A stretch of DNA of 32,000 nucleotides, taken from the NCBI RefSeq assembly GCF_003231495.1, contig NZ_PQWO01000015.1, positions 90,001-122,000 on the forward strand. Reading direction: 5' to 3'. This document shows, piece after piece, positions 1 to 9,806 of this stretch (its first letter is position 1; the number at the start of each line of letters is the position of its first letter). Source of the DNA: Acaryochloris thomasi RCC1774 (GTDB taxonomy: Bacteria > Cyanobacteriota > Cyanobacteriia > Thermosynechococcales > Thermosynechococcaceae). A program made the position numbers and the translations under genes. Below the pieces are notes generated by a model. The model was not told the DNA's origin and made no database searches. It worked only from the letters and a program-made list of their open reading frames with translations.

Positions 1-678
1 TAGCTCCGCCGTTTGGGCAATGGCCGTATCCACCTTCGGATTAAAATGTTCTCGCAGGTAAGGCAAAACGCCTTGACGGATGCGGTTGCGCCGATAGTGC
101 AAGTCTTGATTCATCGGATCTTGCCAGACAGGTAGCCCTATGTCTCGGCAAAACTGGCCGGTCTCCGCACGAGTCACGTTTAGCAGCGGGCGCACCAGTT
201 TTCTCTCTCCCGATAGTGGACGCTGCCAGGTGAGAGCCTGTAGGCCATCTGCGCCACTGCCGCGCACCAGATTGTAGAGAAGGGTTTCAGTACGATCGCT
301 CGCAGTATGAGCCGTTACCACAGCATGAAAATCCTGCTGCTGAGCAATCTCAGCCATCTCCTGATAGCGCCATTCCCGTCCCTCAGCTTCTCCCTTGAGT
401 ACAGAAGGTGCCGTCCGTCCAAAGAAAGGTAGATTCCACCGCCGCACGAGGTCGGCCACATACCGAGCATTGGCCGTAGAGTCTGGAGGCCAGCGATGAT
501 CACAGTGCGCCACCGCCAAATCCCATTCCCATCTGTCCTGAAGATCAAGCAGGAGTCTCAGCAGACAGAAAGAATCCTGCCCCCCAGAGAACGCGATCAA
601 AATACGATGATTTAAGGGCAGTAGCAATCGCTGTTTAAGCGTTCGCTGTAGCCGGGCATGAAGCAGAGTCCAGGACAA
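1..678 (-). CDS. tilS: tRNA(Ile)-lysidine synthase, N-terminal part (gene continues past the left window edge)
   Basis: Absent from the ORF track because it is open at the window edge. My minus-strand translation from 678 reads (M)SWTLLHARLQRTLKQRLLLPLNHRILIAFSGGQDSFCLLRLLLDLQDRWEWDLAVAHCDHRWPPDS. The PP-loop SGGQDS is encoded at 571-588. An in-frame TGA at 685-687 leaves TTG 676-678 as the only plausible start. Confidence 0.85.
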   Translation of the reverse strand, partial: MSWTLLHARLQRTLKQRLLLPLNHRILIAFSGGQDSFCLLRLLLDLQDRWEWDLAVAHCDHRWPPDSTANARYVADLVRRWNLPFFGRTAPSVLKGEAEGREWRYQEMAEIAQQQDFHAVVTAHTASDRTETLLYNLVRGSGADGLQALTWQRPLSGERKLVRPLLNVTRAETGQFCRDIGLPVWQDPMNQDLHYRRNRIRQGVLPYLREHFNPKVDTAIAQTAEL

Positions 679-699
679 ATCCTTTCACACTCACGAGCA

Positions 700-1683
700 T
701 TAAAAGAACCAGCCGTAGCTGTGTAAGCCTTTGCCCAATAAATTAACGCCCAAATAGCAGACCCAGACCACGGCAAAACCCGCAGTCGCAAGCAACGCCG
801 GTTTGCGGCCCTGCCAACCCTTCGTAATCCGAGCATGAAGATAAGCGGCAAACACCAGCCAAGTAATCAACGCCCAGGTCTCCTTCGGATCCCAGCTCCA
901 GGGCGCACCCCAGGCTTCGTTGGCCCACACCGCACCGGCAATAATGCCTACGGTCAATAGGGGAAATCCTAGGCCAATAATGCGATAGCTAAGGTTGTCT
1001 AGGGTCTCAGCCAGACTCAAACGCTTCATCGACAGAGAGGCAACGGGTGCTTCAACTTTCTCTAAAACAGCAGTGCCGCCCTGCCCTGAGGTTGCGGCCA
1101 ATGGCTGCTGAACTGTACTGGCTTTCTGGAGTCGCTCTCGGAAGCCACCCGTACCCACGGAGCTGCCCTTGAGTTCAATGGGTTGCCCCCAGGTAATAGC
1201 AAGGAATGCGATCGCCATGAGCGATCCCACCATCAGCGCAGAGTAGCTAATCATCATCACGCTGACGTGCATCATCAGCCAATTTGATTTCAAAGCTGGA
1301 ACCAAGGGAGCCGACGCCTGCATCTCAGTCGGTAGGGTCAAAGCGGCAAAGGCTGTAATGGCCATGGCAACGGGGGCGGTGGCAACACCCACTAGACGAC
1401 TGCGGCTGAGGTATTCCGCCACGAGGTGAACACCTGTGACACCCCAAGCTAAAAAGAACAAAGACTCATAAAGGTTGCTGATCGGAAAGTATCCCGCCTC
1501 AGCCCATCTAGCCCCTAGCAAACAGGCCATACAGAGGTTTGCAATTGCCATGCCCGCAGTTCCTAAAGCGGGTAAAGCCGGAATCTTAGGAAAGGCTGCG
1601 CCTATCCAGTAGATCAGCATGGTGGCAAATAGGATCGCAAAGGAAACGTTGTCGAGGGTGCCCTGGAGGGTAACCAGATCCAT
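700..1683 (-). CDS. ccsA: cytochrome c biogenesis protein CcsA (system II heme handling)
   Basis: 327-aa polytopic membrane protein with the Trp-rich WWD-type motif [18 protein letters not shown] near the C-terminus. Length is typical of cyanobacterial and plastid CcsA. Confidence 0.9.
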   Translation of the reverse strand: MDLVTLQGTLDNVSFAILFATMLIYWIGAAFPKIPALPALGTAGMAIANLCMACLLGARWAEAGYFPISNLYESLFFLAWGVTGVHLVAEYLSRSRLVGVATAPVAMAITAFAALTLPTEMQASAPLVPALKSNWLMMHVSVMMISYSALMVGSLMAIAFLAITWGQPIELKGSSVGTGGFRERLQKASTVQQPLAATSGQGGTAVLEKVEAPVASLSMKRLSLAETLDNLSYRIIGLGFPLLTVGIIAGAVWANEAWGAPWSWDPKETWALITWLVFAAYLHARITKGWQGRKPALLATAGFAVVWVCYLGVNLLGKGLHSYGWFF

Positions 1684-1819
1684 ATTGTGTTCTCCCCAAT
1701 TGGGTGGCAGGTGTAGTCAGCGCTACCTATATCGTACCGATTAATGTTCCCTAAGTGTTCTCTGAGGGTTTAGGACCCCTGCCATCCTGCCAGAAAACGT
1801 AACGGACAAATCTAATAGA

Positions 1820-2641
1820 TTAAGCTGGGGAGGAGGATGAATGGATTTCCAATGACTGAGGACGGCAGTCCGCCAAAATTTGATGAAGATGAACGACGTT
1901 ACCGATGACTGCGATCGCAGGCGCTGTAAAGTCGGCCTCTATCATCTGGGCTTCAATCGTTTCCAGAATCCCCACAATCTGATCTTGTTCAGGACGAGTC
2001 CCCCAACGCACCAGGGCGATTGGCGTTTCAGGCTCTCGTCCGCCCAACTGTAGTTCTTGAAGAATATGGGGTAAGTTGTGGACTCCCATGTAGACCACGA
2101 TGGTTTCTGAGCCTTGAGCAATGGCTCGCCAGTTGACTTGAGGGCGATATTTACCAGACTGCTCGTGGCCGGTCACGAACGTCACTGAAGAGCTGCAATT
2201 TCGATGGGTAAGCGGAATCCCTGCGTAGGCGGGAGCAGCAATACCAGAGGTAATGCCTGGAACAATTTCGACCGGAACACCCGCATTTAAAAGGTCGATC
2301 ATCTCTTCACCACCGCGCCCAAAAATAAAGGGGTCGCCACCTTTGAGACGGACGACAACAGCATGGGTTTGGGCCTTCTCAATCATGAGGGCTGTTGTTT
2401 CCGCCTGCAGTAAAGAATGGTGGCCTCGACGTTTGCCAGCATGAATCTTCTCGGTCCGAGATGCGATCATCGCTAGAACCTCAGGGCTAACGAGGGCATC
2501 GTAAATCACAACATCAGCCGACTCGAGCAGTGTTTTGCCTTTCAGGGTCATTAAGCCTGGATCACCAGGGCCTGCACCAACAAGGTACACCTTGCCCACG
2601 CAGGACTTTTGAGTTTCGGAAGACATCGCAGGTATCACCAA
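1820..2641 (-). CDS. cobA: uroporphyrinogen-III C-methyltransferase (SUMT)
   Basis: Motifs VYLVGAGPGDPGLMTLKG, VVYDALV and LKGGDPFIFGRGGEE are typical of the CobA/CysG methylase domain. The start may be the internal Met at MSSETQ. Confidence 0.9.
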   Translation of the reverse strand: MVIPAMSSETQKSCVGKVYLVGAGPGDPGLMTLKGKTLLESADVVIYDALVSPEVLAMIASRTEKIHAGKRRGHHSLLQAETTALMIEKAQTHAVVVRLKGGDPFIFGRGGEEMIDLLNAGVPVEIVPGITSGIAAPAYAGIPLTHRNCSSSVTFVTGHEQSGKYRPQVNWRAIAQGSETIVVYMGVHNLPHILQELQLGGREPETPIALVRWGTRPEQDQIVGILETIEAQMIEADFTAPAIAVIGNVVHLHQILADCRPQSLEIHSSSSPA

Positions 2642-2655
2642 TCGAAGCAGGCTGC

Positions 2656-3360
2656 TTAAGTTAAATCAATGAGTAACTGCGCTAGGGCAGGGCTAGGGTC
2701 TAAGGGAGAGCTTAAGGCCAAGTTAAGTTGACCGAATCTATACTTTAGCTGATTAATTTGCTCAGCAATCGCATCGGTGATTTTGCCAGAGAACAGGAAG
2801 TAGGGCAGTACGCCAACGTTTCGATGTCCTTGCTCCACAATAGGGCGGAGGCTGTCTTCCAAGCTAGGTTCCACCGACCAGTAAGCAGGTTTGACGTCCA
2901 ATGCTGTTGCCAGCTCTTCAACGACTGCGTTACCGCCAGGGTAGCGGCTACCGTGGGCAACTAGAATCCAGGGATGTCTCGTGGAGATGCGAGCTCGCAG
3001 CAGTTCCAAAATGCCAGGATGCGAGCCTAGATGTGGCCGCAAATTGAAATGAACCTGCGGCACCTGTTGTTGGGCGACAGCGATAGCTTCAGGAATATCC
3101 GACATGACGTGGGTTCCAGGCAGCAAAAAGAGCGGCAGAATCTCGACTGTTGCCGGTTCTGCTAGCGACTGACCTAGCTGTTGAAGGCGCTCTTCTAACG
3201 GGAGACCCAGCTCTAGGGTGCCGGAGTGAATCTGCTCTGGCTTGATCCCTCGGTGAGCTGCAGCTTGTGTGAACAGGGCTGTGAGCTGCTGGAAGGATTG
3301 TTGCGATCGCAAATCCCGACTGCCGTGGGCCACCAGAAAATAATGGGTCTCCAAGATCAA
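2656..3360 (-). CDS. cbiX: sirohydrochlorin chelatase, CbiX/SirB family
   Basis: Two tandem CbiX-type half domains, each beginning with the VAHGSR(D/Y) motif. It lies 15 nt upstream of cobA on the same strand. Confidence 0.75.
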   Translation of the reverse strand: MILETHYFLVAHGSRDLRSQQSFQQLTALFTQAAAHRGIKPEQIHSGTLELGLPLEERLQQLGQSLAEPATVEILPLFLLPGTHVMSDIPEAIAVAQQQVPQVHFNLRPHLGSHPGILELLRARISTRHPWILVAHGSRYPGGNAVVEELATALDVKPAYWSVEPSLEDSLRPIVEQGHRNVGVLPYFLFSGKITDAIAEQINQLKYRFGQLNLALSSPLDPSPALAQLLIDLT

Positions 3361-3365
3361 ATAGC

Positions 3366-5363
3366 TCAGGACAACAGTGAAGGCGGAGAAAGGACGGAGG
3401 CCGCCGCAGAGATAGCGGGTCGCTTTTCGGGGACCGGAGGCTTTTTCGAGAGGTCTTGACCATATGCGATCGCAAGCTGCCGGAACTCTTCACCCTCGAC
3501 CGTTTCTCTTTCCAAAAGCATTTCCACCAACTTGTCCACCAGCTCTCGATTCTCTCGAATCAGACGCCGCGCCTGACCATAGCAGTGCAGCACAATTTCC
3601 CGAACCTGCCGATCAATCTGAACCGCAATATCCTCAGAATACTCAGGACGATTTGACCAGCCCTGCCCAAGGAATACATCATCATTTCGTTCACTTTCCA
3701 GCGCCACATGACCCAAATCAGACATACCCAAGCGCGTCACCATACTGCGGGCCAAGTTCGCCACATACTCTAGATCGCTACTGGCCCCAGACGTCACCTC
3801 AGCGTCGCCAAAGATCTCAACCTCCGCAGCTCGGCCTCCTAAAGCCATTGTGATCCGATCAAAAAACCAGGCTCGACTCTGGAAAACACGGTCTTCGTTG
3901 TAAACCTGCTGAGAGAATCCACCCACGCCCCCCGAACGAGGCAAAATTGTGACCTTATTTAACGGGTCCGCATCCTTCAGTAGCGTTGCCAACAGCGCAT
4001 GCCCCACCTCATGATAGGCAATCAGCCACTTTTTCTTGCTGTCTAAATGAGGCGTCATCGCCAAACCAATCGTGACCCGATCAATGGCATCATCAACCTC
4101 CAAATCGCCAATCGACTCCTTCCGACGTCTGGCCGTCAGAATCGCCGCCTCATTCAGCACATTAGCTAAAGCCGCCCCAGAAAAACCAGGCGTTCGACGG
4201 GCCACAGAATCAAGCGCCACATCATCAGAGAGCTTCTTGTCGCGGGCATGAACCTCCAAAATCCCCAGGCGCCCCTTATAGCTGGGCAAATCAACCATCA
4301 CCTGTCGGTCAAAACGACCCGGACGCAGCAAAGCCGAATCCAAGACATCAGGTCGGTTCGTCGCCGCAATGATAATCACGCCGCTGTTCCCTTCAAAACC
4401 ATCCATCTCCGTGAGCAACTGATTAAGCGTCTGTTCTCGCTCATCATTTCCGCCGCCAATACCCGCACCCCTCTGGCGACCAACAGCATCAATTTCATCA
4501 ATAAATACAAGACAAGGCGCACTTTCCTTCGCCTTCTTAAACAGATCTCGGACGCGCGATGCACCCACGCCCACAAACATTTCCACAAATTCAGAACCAG
4601 AGATGCTGAAGAAAGGCACCCCCGCTTCACCCGAGACAGCCCTAGCCAAAAGCGTCTTTCCAGTTCCCGGCGGACCAATCAGCAGAACACCGCGTGGAAT
4701 TCTAGCGCCCACAGCCGTAAACCGCTCCGGCTGCTTCAAGAAGGTCACAACCTCCTGCAGCTCCTCCTTTGCCTCTTCAATACCCGCAACATCGGCAAAG
4801 TTAATACCCGTCTCCGATTCCATATGGAACCGAGCCTTAGACTTGCCAAAATTCAGAATCTGACCCGGACCGCTAGAGGTATTGCTAGCCGCACGGCGCA
4901 AGAAAGAAAGCAGTAAAACAACCAGTAAAAAACCAATAAAAACCTGAAGCAGAATACCGGGTAGGGGGTTTTCACCTTGATTAGGAAAAACGTTTAGATT
5001 GACATCGTTCGCGCGCAGCGTCTTAGCGAATTGAGAGTCAAGATACTCGTTTTGGCCAAACAGGCGTACCTCCTGCTCTGGAGAATCCTTAGACTGGTCT
5101 TTGAGGCGAAACTTAGCAACGCGTTGCTTTTCATAAAGATCGACCTTTTCGACCTGACCCGCTTCGACCTGTCGAAGAAAGTCACTATAAGAAGGCGGCT
5201 CCTTCTTCGCCTGAGCCAGTACAGGAAGGCCCTGCGTCAACAACAGTCCCAGCATAAAAGCTGACAACCGTTTAACCAATTTATTGTTACCTGATGCTGG
5301 TTTCATGCGATGCGGGTAGCGTTTAAGTGAAATCAGGACGGGTGCAGGTCTGTTGTAGTCCAT
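3366..5363 (-). CDS. ftsH: ATP-dependent zinc metalloprotease FtsH
   Basis: Walker A GPPGTGKT, Walker B VFIDEIDA, second region of homology [19 protein letters not shown] and zinc site HEVGHAL. The likely true start is Met20 (ATG at 5306, MKPASGNNK), ahead of the first TM segment. Confidence 0.95.
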   Translation of the reverse strand: MDYNRPAPVLISLKRYPHRMKPASGNNKLVKRLSAFMLGLLLTQGLPVLAQAKKEPPSYSDFLRQVEAGQVEKVDLYEKQRVAKFRLKDQSKDSPEQEVRLFGQNEYLDSQFAKTLRANDVNLNVFPNQGENPLPGILLQVFIGFLLVVLLLSFLRRAASNTSSGPGQILNFGKSKARFHMESETGINFADVAGIEEAKEELQEVVTFLKQPERFTAVGARIPRGVLLIGPPGTGKTLLARAVSGEAGVPFFSISGSEFVEMFVGVGASRVRDLFKKAKESAPCLVFIDEIDAVGRQRGAGIGGGNDEREQTLNQLLTEMDGFEGNSGVIIIAATNRPDVLDSALLRPGRFDRQVMVDLPSYKGRLGILEVHARDKKLSDDVALDSVARRTPGFSGAALANVLNEAAILTARRRKESIGDLEVDDAIDRVTIGLAMTPHLDSKKKWLIAYHEVGHALLATLLKDADPLNKVTILPRSGGVGGFSQQVYNEDRVFQSRAWFFDRITMALGGRAAEVEIFGDAEVTSGASSDLEYVANLARSMVTRLGMSDLGHVALESERNDDVFLGQGWSNRPEYSEDIAVQIDRQVREIVLHCYGQARRLIRENRELVDKLVEMLLERETVEGEEFRQLAIAYGQDLSKKPPVPEKRPAISAAASVLSPPSLLS

Positions 5364-5547
5364 GCTCCTCTATCTCCAGCGTAATTTAACTCGACTCAGC
5401 TCAGCAACCTCTCAGAAAGGGCTTAAGGTTATTTCCCAGATTCACAGCACTTTCAAACTCAGTAGAGATCCTCCTCACAACCAAGAGAAGCAAACCCCTC
5501 GTGTATCATACAAAAACCATAGGCCTTTTACACTGCACGGATCTGCT

Positions 5548-7140
5548 ATGACTGCTGGCTCCCAGCGCCGCTTTGCGCTGACAACTCCTCTCTACTATGT
5601 CAACGATCGACCTCATATTGGGAGCGCCTATACCACAATGGCGGCAGACGCCCTGGCCCGATGGCAGCGACTCCGGGGATCTGACGTTCTTTTGATCACA
5701 GGAACCGACGAGCACGGCCAGAAAATCCAGAGAACCGCAGAACAGCGGGGGAAGGCGCCTCAAGAGCACTGCGACGAAGTCGTTACAGGCTTTGTCGATC
5801 TTTGGCAGCATCTCCAAATCCAGTACCAGCGCTTTAGCCGGACCACAGATCCACGCCATGCCGCCATCGTTGCCGAGTTCTTCCAAAAAGTATGGGATCA
5901 GGGTGATATTTATCTAGGTCATCAGCAAGGCTGGTACTGCGTTGGCTGCGAAGAATTTAAAGAAGAACGTGACCTCTTACCCGAGAAACACTGCCCCATT
6001 CACAGCAATCAGGCAGTGGAATGGCGAGATGAGCAAAACTATTTCTTTCGGCTCTCAAAGTACCAACAGGCACTAATTGATTTTTACAACCAGCACCCAG
6101 AATTCATCCAGCCGGAGATGCGCCGCAACGAAGTTCTGAGCTTTGTGAATCAGGGCTTACAGGATTTCTCAATTTCACGGGTCAACTTAGACTGGGGCTT
6201 CCCGGTCCCCACAGACCCGAGCCATACGCTCTACGTGTGGTTTGATGCACTCTTGGGGTATATCACAGCCCTGCTAGAGCCAGAAGACGAACCCACGCTA
6301 GCCAACGCCCTCAAGCATTGGTGGCCGATCAACGTTCACATAATTGGCAAAGACATTCTTCGATTTCACGCGGTTTACTGGCCCGCCATGTTAATGGCCG
6401 CGACTCTACCACTACCCGACCGAGTATTTGGTCATGGCTTCTTGACAAAAGATGGGCAAAAGATGGGCAAGAGCTTAGGCAACACCCTAGATCCCGTAGC
6501 ATTAGTCAACCAGTACGGCGTTGATGCCGTGCGCTACTACTTTTTGAAGGGAATTGAGTTTGGTCGTGATGGCGACTTTAACGAAGAACGGTTTATCAAC
6601 ATTCTGAATGCCGATCTTGCAGATGATCTCGGGAACCTACTCAATCGCACGCTTAATATGTCCGTGAAGTACTGCGATGGCAAAGTCCCCCAGGTTGATC
6701 GAGACCAATTAACTAAATTTGAGTTCGTTAAAACAGCACAGACGGCAGGAGAACGAGCAGCAGAAGCCTACGAGTCTCTGAAGTTTAGTCAAGCCTGTGA
6801 GATCGCTCTGTCTCTCGTTCAAACCGGGAATAAGTTTATTAGCGAGCAGGCACCCTGGTCACTTCACAAGCAGGGAGAAGATGAATTAGTAGGGCAAATC
6901 CTTTACACAGTTTTAGAATCAGTTAGACTATCAGTATATATACTCTCTCCGATTACTCCCGCATTGAGTAACAGGGTCTACCGGCAGTTAGGTTTTAATG
7001 TCGACTTCAGTGACTTAACCGAGGACCAAGCCATCGACCTAAATCACATCCGCTGGGGGTTGCTGCCCAGCCAACAACAGCTTGAGTGTCCACAACCTGT
7101 TTTCCAGAAGCTGCCTGCTCTCTCTGAGCCGACTCCCTAG
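5548..7140 (+). CDS. metG: methionine--tRNA ligase
   Basis: Class I synthetase signatures HIGS (in PHIGSAYTT) and KMGKS (the KMSKS motif), plus a CxxC...CP zinc knuckle (CVGCEEF...HCPIH). I place the start at ATG 5548 (MTAGSQRRFALTTPLYY). The longer ORF from 5362 would overlap the ftsH start. Confidence 0.95.
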   Translation: MTAGSQRRFALTTPLYYVNDRPHIGSAYTTMAADALARWQRLRGSDVLLITGTDEHGQKIQRTAEQRGKAPQEHCDEVVTGFVDLWQHLQIQYQRFSRTTDPRHAAIVAEFFQKVWDQGDIYLGHQQGWYCVGCEEFKEERDLLPEKHCPIHSNQAVEWRDEQNYFFRLSKYQQALIDFYNQHPEFIQPEMRRNEVLSFVNQGLQDFSISRVNLDWGFPVPTDPSHTLYVWFDALLGYITALLEPEDEPTLANALKHWWPINVHIIGKDILRFHAVYWPAMLMAATLPLPDRVFGHGFLTKDGQKMGKSLGNTLDPVALVNQYGVDAVRYYFLKGIEFGRDGDFNEERFINILNADLADDLGNLLNRTLNMSVKYCDGKVPQVDRDQLTKFEFVKTAQTAGERAAEAYESLKFSQACEIALSLVQTGNKFISEQAPWSLHKQGEDELVGQILYTVLESVRLSVYILSPITPALSNRVYRQLGFNVDFSDLTEDQAIDLNHIRWGLLPSQQQLECPQPVFQKLPALSEPTP

Positions 7141-7251
7141 CACAGCCCCTTCTAAACCTATCGCGCAGTAAGCTAGCTTATCGCTATTGCCCCTGAAGTA
7201 TTTTCTCAATAACATCCCCCTTTAGTAACTCACCGAGGCTCTACATACTTC

Positions 7252-7878
7252 ATGATGAACGCTGATAATGAAAATCAACCGCTCTTCTCTCCTGAGCAGG
7301 TTCTAGAGAATCGGGGACGAGTCGCAATTTTTATTGATGGCTCAAATCTTTTTTATGCAGCTCTACAGCTAGGCATTGAAATCGACTACACAAAGATGCT
7401 GTGTCGCTTGACGGCTGGTTCTCGATTGCTGCGTTCATTTTTTTATACAGGTGTTGATCCCACCAATGAAAAGCAGCAGGGCTTTTTGCTCTGGATGCGG
7501 CGCAATGGCTATCGGGTGATCACAAAGGAGCTGGTACAGCTACCCGACGGCTCTAAGAAAGCGAACCTTGACGTCGAGATAGCCGTAGACATGATGTCTT
7601 TAGTCGGCAGCTACGACACCGCTATTTTAGTCAGCGGTGATGGTGACTTAGCCTATGCCGTTAATGCCATAAGCTATCAGGGCATTCGAGTAGAGGTCGT
7701 GAGCCTTCGTTCAATGACGAGCGATAGCCTGATTAACGTTTCGGATCGGTATATTGATCTCGACATTATTAAAGAGCAGATTCAGAAAGCCCCTCGCTCT
7801 GGCTACAGCTACCGACCTCTCTCTAACGTTGGGGTAGCAGATGAAGCGAGCAAAGAAGCGAGTGCTGCGATCGAGTGA
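7252..7878 (+). CDS. NYN-domain (LabA/DUF88-like) putative RNase
   Basis: VAIFIDGSNLFY near the N-terminus, then DVEIAVDM and ILVSGDGDLAYAV. This is the acidic-residue pattern of PIN-like NYN domains, and the size is that of cyanobacterial LabA-like proteins. Confidence 0.8.
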   Translation: MMNADNENQPLFSPEQVLENRGRVAIFIDGSNLFYAALQLGIEIDYTKMLCRLTAGSRLLRSFFYTGVDPTNEKQQGFLLWMRRNGYRVITKELVQLPDGSKKANLDVEIAVDMMSLVGSYDTAILVSGDGDLAYAVNAISYQGIRVEVVSLRSMTSDSLINVSDRYIDLDIIKEQIQKAPRSGYSYRPLSNVGVADEASKEASAAIE

Positions 7879-7888
7879 CGGCTTTGTA

Positions 7889-9103
7889 ATGTGGCGTTTA
7901 TCCCACCAAAGCAAGGATCCGTTCTACCGACAAGACGCTCACTATACTCTGACAAGTCAGCGGCGTAGTCTCCGCCCATTAAGCCAGCTACTTGTACTTT
8001 GCCTTTTAAGTCTGACCTTCGTGGCCTGTGCCAGTCGTTCGTCCCCACCCAGCTCAGAAACCGTGAAACCTAAGGTTGAAGGTGGTTCTGAGCTAGCACA
8101 AGTAACCCTAAAGCAAACCAACGATCAAGGACAGCTTCTGTGGAAGCTGCAGGCAGAGAAAGTAACATATGGAGAAGATCTGTCCGTTGCCCACGTTCAG
8201 GGTTTAGACGGGCAGCTTTATGAGCAAGGGCAGCCTGTTTTCAAAATCACCGCAGATCGCGGAGAAGTGAAACAATTTGGCCAGATGATAAGTTTGAAGG
8301 GGCAAATCGTCGCCACAGAACTACAAAGCGATCTTGTGTTTAAGGGGCCTCGTTTAGAATGGCAAGCTGATTTAGGATTGCTGCAGGCCACGTCAGGCTG
8401 GAGGGTAACGCATCCACAGCTTCAGTTGTGGGCGCAGCGGTTACAGGCTTCATCTCGAACCCAACGGATACGGGCCAGAGGGAAGGTGACAGCAGAGACT
8501 CGTCCCGCTAAATTTCGATTAAAAACAGATCAGCTTATGTGGCAAGTCGATCAGCAATTCCTGCAAGCAGGGGCAGGCAAAGCAGATTCCACCACGCCGA
8601 GGGTTGAGATTGAGCAGTTAAGAGATACGGGTAAAGGAAATCAGGCGTTGGCAGGCAACGCTCGCATGAACTTGAAGCGTCAGATTGTCACGCTGCAGAA
8701 CCCAGCTCAGATCAAGCTATCGACACCCCCCATCGAACTAACCAGCAGACAAGTTGTTTGGGATCTTGAACGCCAGCTCATCAGCAGTGAACAGTTGCTT
8801 GAAGTGCGCCACCGCCAACAAGGCGTCAAGGTCATTGCGAACCGAGGACAGTTTGACCAGCAACGACAGACGGTCCAGTTCAATGGCCAAGTGGAAGCGA
8901 CAGGATTGAGAGATCGGTCTCGTCTTAAGACAGAGCAGCTTGTGTGGCAGCTATTAACTCAGCGAATTAATGCTCGGGGCAAGGTTCGATATACCCAAAG
9001 TTCACCTGCATTGACTCTGCAGGGGCCTAAAGCAGTTGGCAAAATTCAAGAGCAGATGATTCAAATTAGTGGCGGGAACGTCGTAACGGAGATCATTCCA
9101 TAG
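7889..9103 (+). CDS. putative periplasmic lipoprotein with tandem LptC/OstA-like domains
   Basis: Signal peptide with lipobox (LLSLTFVAC). Two repeats follow of the pattern W-L-A-(K/d)-V-Y ... A-RG-V ... L-G-V, typical of the LptC fold as I recognise it. Start taken at ATG 7889; the ORF opens at 7841 but would overlap the upstream gene. Confidence 0.45.
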   Translation: MWRLSHQSKDPFYRQDAHYTLTSQRRSLRPLSQLLVLCLLSLTFVACASRSSPPSSETVKPKVEGGSELAQVTLKQTNDQGQLLWKLQAEKVTYGEDLSVAHVQGLDGQLYEQGQPVFKITADRGEVKQFGQMISLKGQIVATELQSDLVFKGPRLEWQADLGLLQATSGWRVTHPQLQLWAQRLQASSRTQRIRARGKVTAETRPAKFRLKTDQLMWQVDQQFLQAGAGKADSTTPRVEIEQLRDTGKGNQALAGNARMNLKRQIVTLQNPAQIKLSTPPIELTSRQVVWDLERQLISSEQLLEVRHRQQGVKVIANRGQFDQQRQTVQFNGQVEATGLRDRSRLKTEQLVWQLLTQRINARGKVRYTQSSPALTLQGPKAVGKIQEQMIQISGGNVVTEIIP

Positions 9104-9749
9104 TTTTTACAGGGGCAAGAGTCTCGTGGCGACGCACAATTTTCTGGATAAAGGCGGCAGCAGTTGATGATTGAGGTTCAGAATCTCGATTCCGGCTAAT
9201 CCACCGGCCCTCAACCCGCTGTGGATTTTGCCACAGGTCTGCGTGGGTCACCTCTGGAACAGCATAAAAACTGTCATGCCCCGATCCCAAAAGGGCAGAG
9301 CTCCAGTGCGTAAAGAAGTCATGGCTGAGTCGATAGCAGGGAATTTCACTGACCAAGGGCACACCCCACCCGTCAATGGCTAAGATTGCGGCAATCTGTC
9401 CGCCTAGCTGCTGCCAAGCCCAGGCCGCCTGCATTGCCCCTACAACTCCCGCACTAAAGCCAATCAAAATAGGGGGACTATAGGAAGAGACTGCACCTGG
9501 CTTTTGGCGACCGTCATCCCCCATGCAACTTTGCACAAATTCCAAAAGATGAATCCCTGAACAGGCTGGATACTTATCTGTGGGGAATAGCCAGATGGGG
9601 TGAGTCTCTGGGAAGCTAACGTTGTGCAAAAAAGCCTCTGTCCAAGACCGATCATGGAATCCCGGACAAATGATCAGGGGAGCCCCGATCTCGGTAGCTG
9701 GCTGGTGATGCGTTTGTTGTTCAATCAGCATTCTAGAGATCTCTGGCAA
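9093..9749 (-). CDS. putative alpha/beta-hydrolase-fold protein (function unknown)
   Basis: Possible nucleophile elbow GFSAG preceded by a hydrophobic strand (PPILIGFSAGVVGA), with later D and H candidates (IDGWG, SHD, GHD). This is a weak, by-eye assignment. It overlaps the convergent gene end by 11 nt. Confidence 0.4.
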   Translation of the reverse strand: MPEISRMLIEQQTHHQPATEIGAPLIICPGFHDRSWTEAFLHNVSFPETHPIWLFPTDKYPACSGIHLLEFVQSCMGDDGRQKPGAVSSYSPPILIGFSAGVVGAMQAAWAWQQLGGQIAAILAIDGWGVPLVSEIPCYRLSHDFFTHWSSALLGSGHDSFYAVPEVTHADLWQNPQRVEGRWISRNRDSEPQSSTAAAFIQKIVRRHETLAPVKTME

Positions 9750-9806
9750 ATTCTAGCTAGGATAGAGACAATGGCGAATCAACTTATCTCTTTTTCTTGA
9801 ACTGTA

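Noticed and set aside
4248-4916. 222-aa plus-strand ORF (together with 3464-3853, 4603-4863 and 5031-5264)
   Set aside because: It lies entirely antisense to ftsH, whose minus-strand frame carries unmistakable AAA+ and zinc-protease motifs. The translation is Arg/Ser/Thr/Gln-rich low-complexity sequence, typical of antisense frames in GC-rich genes.
5362-5547. 62-codon N-terminal extension of the metG ORF
   Set aside because: The extension overlaps the ftsH start codon region and has no similarity to MetRS N-termini. The canonical N-terminus (FALTTPLYYVNDRPHIGS) begins just after ATG 5548.
7169-7180. 12-bp perfect palindrome TAAGCTAGCTTA after metG, considered as a terminator or operator
   Set aside because: As a hairpin it would have only a 4-bp stem and no U-tract. 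As an operator there is no second copy and no adjacent regulator.
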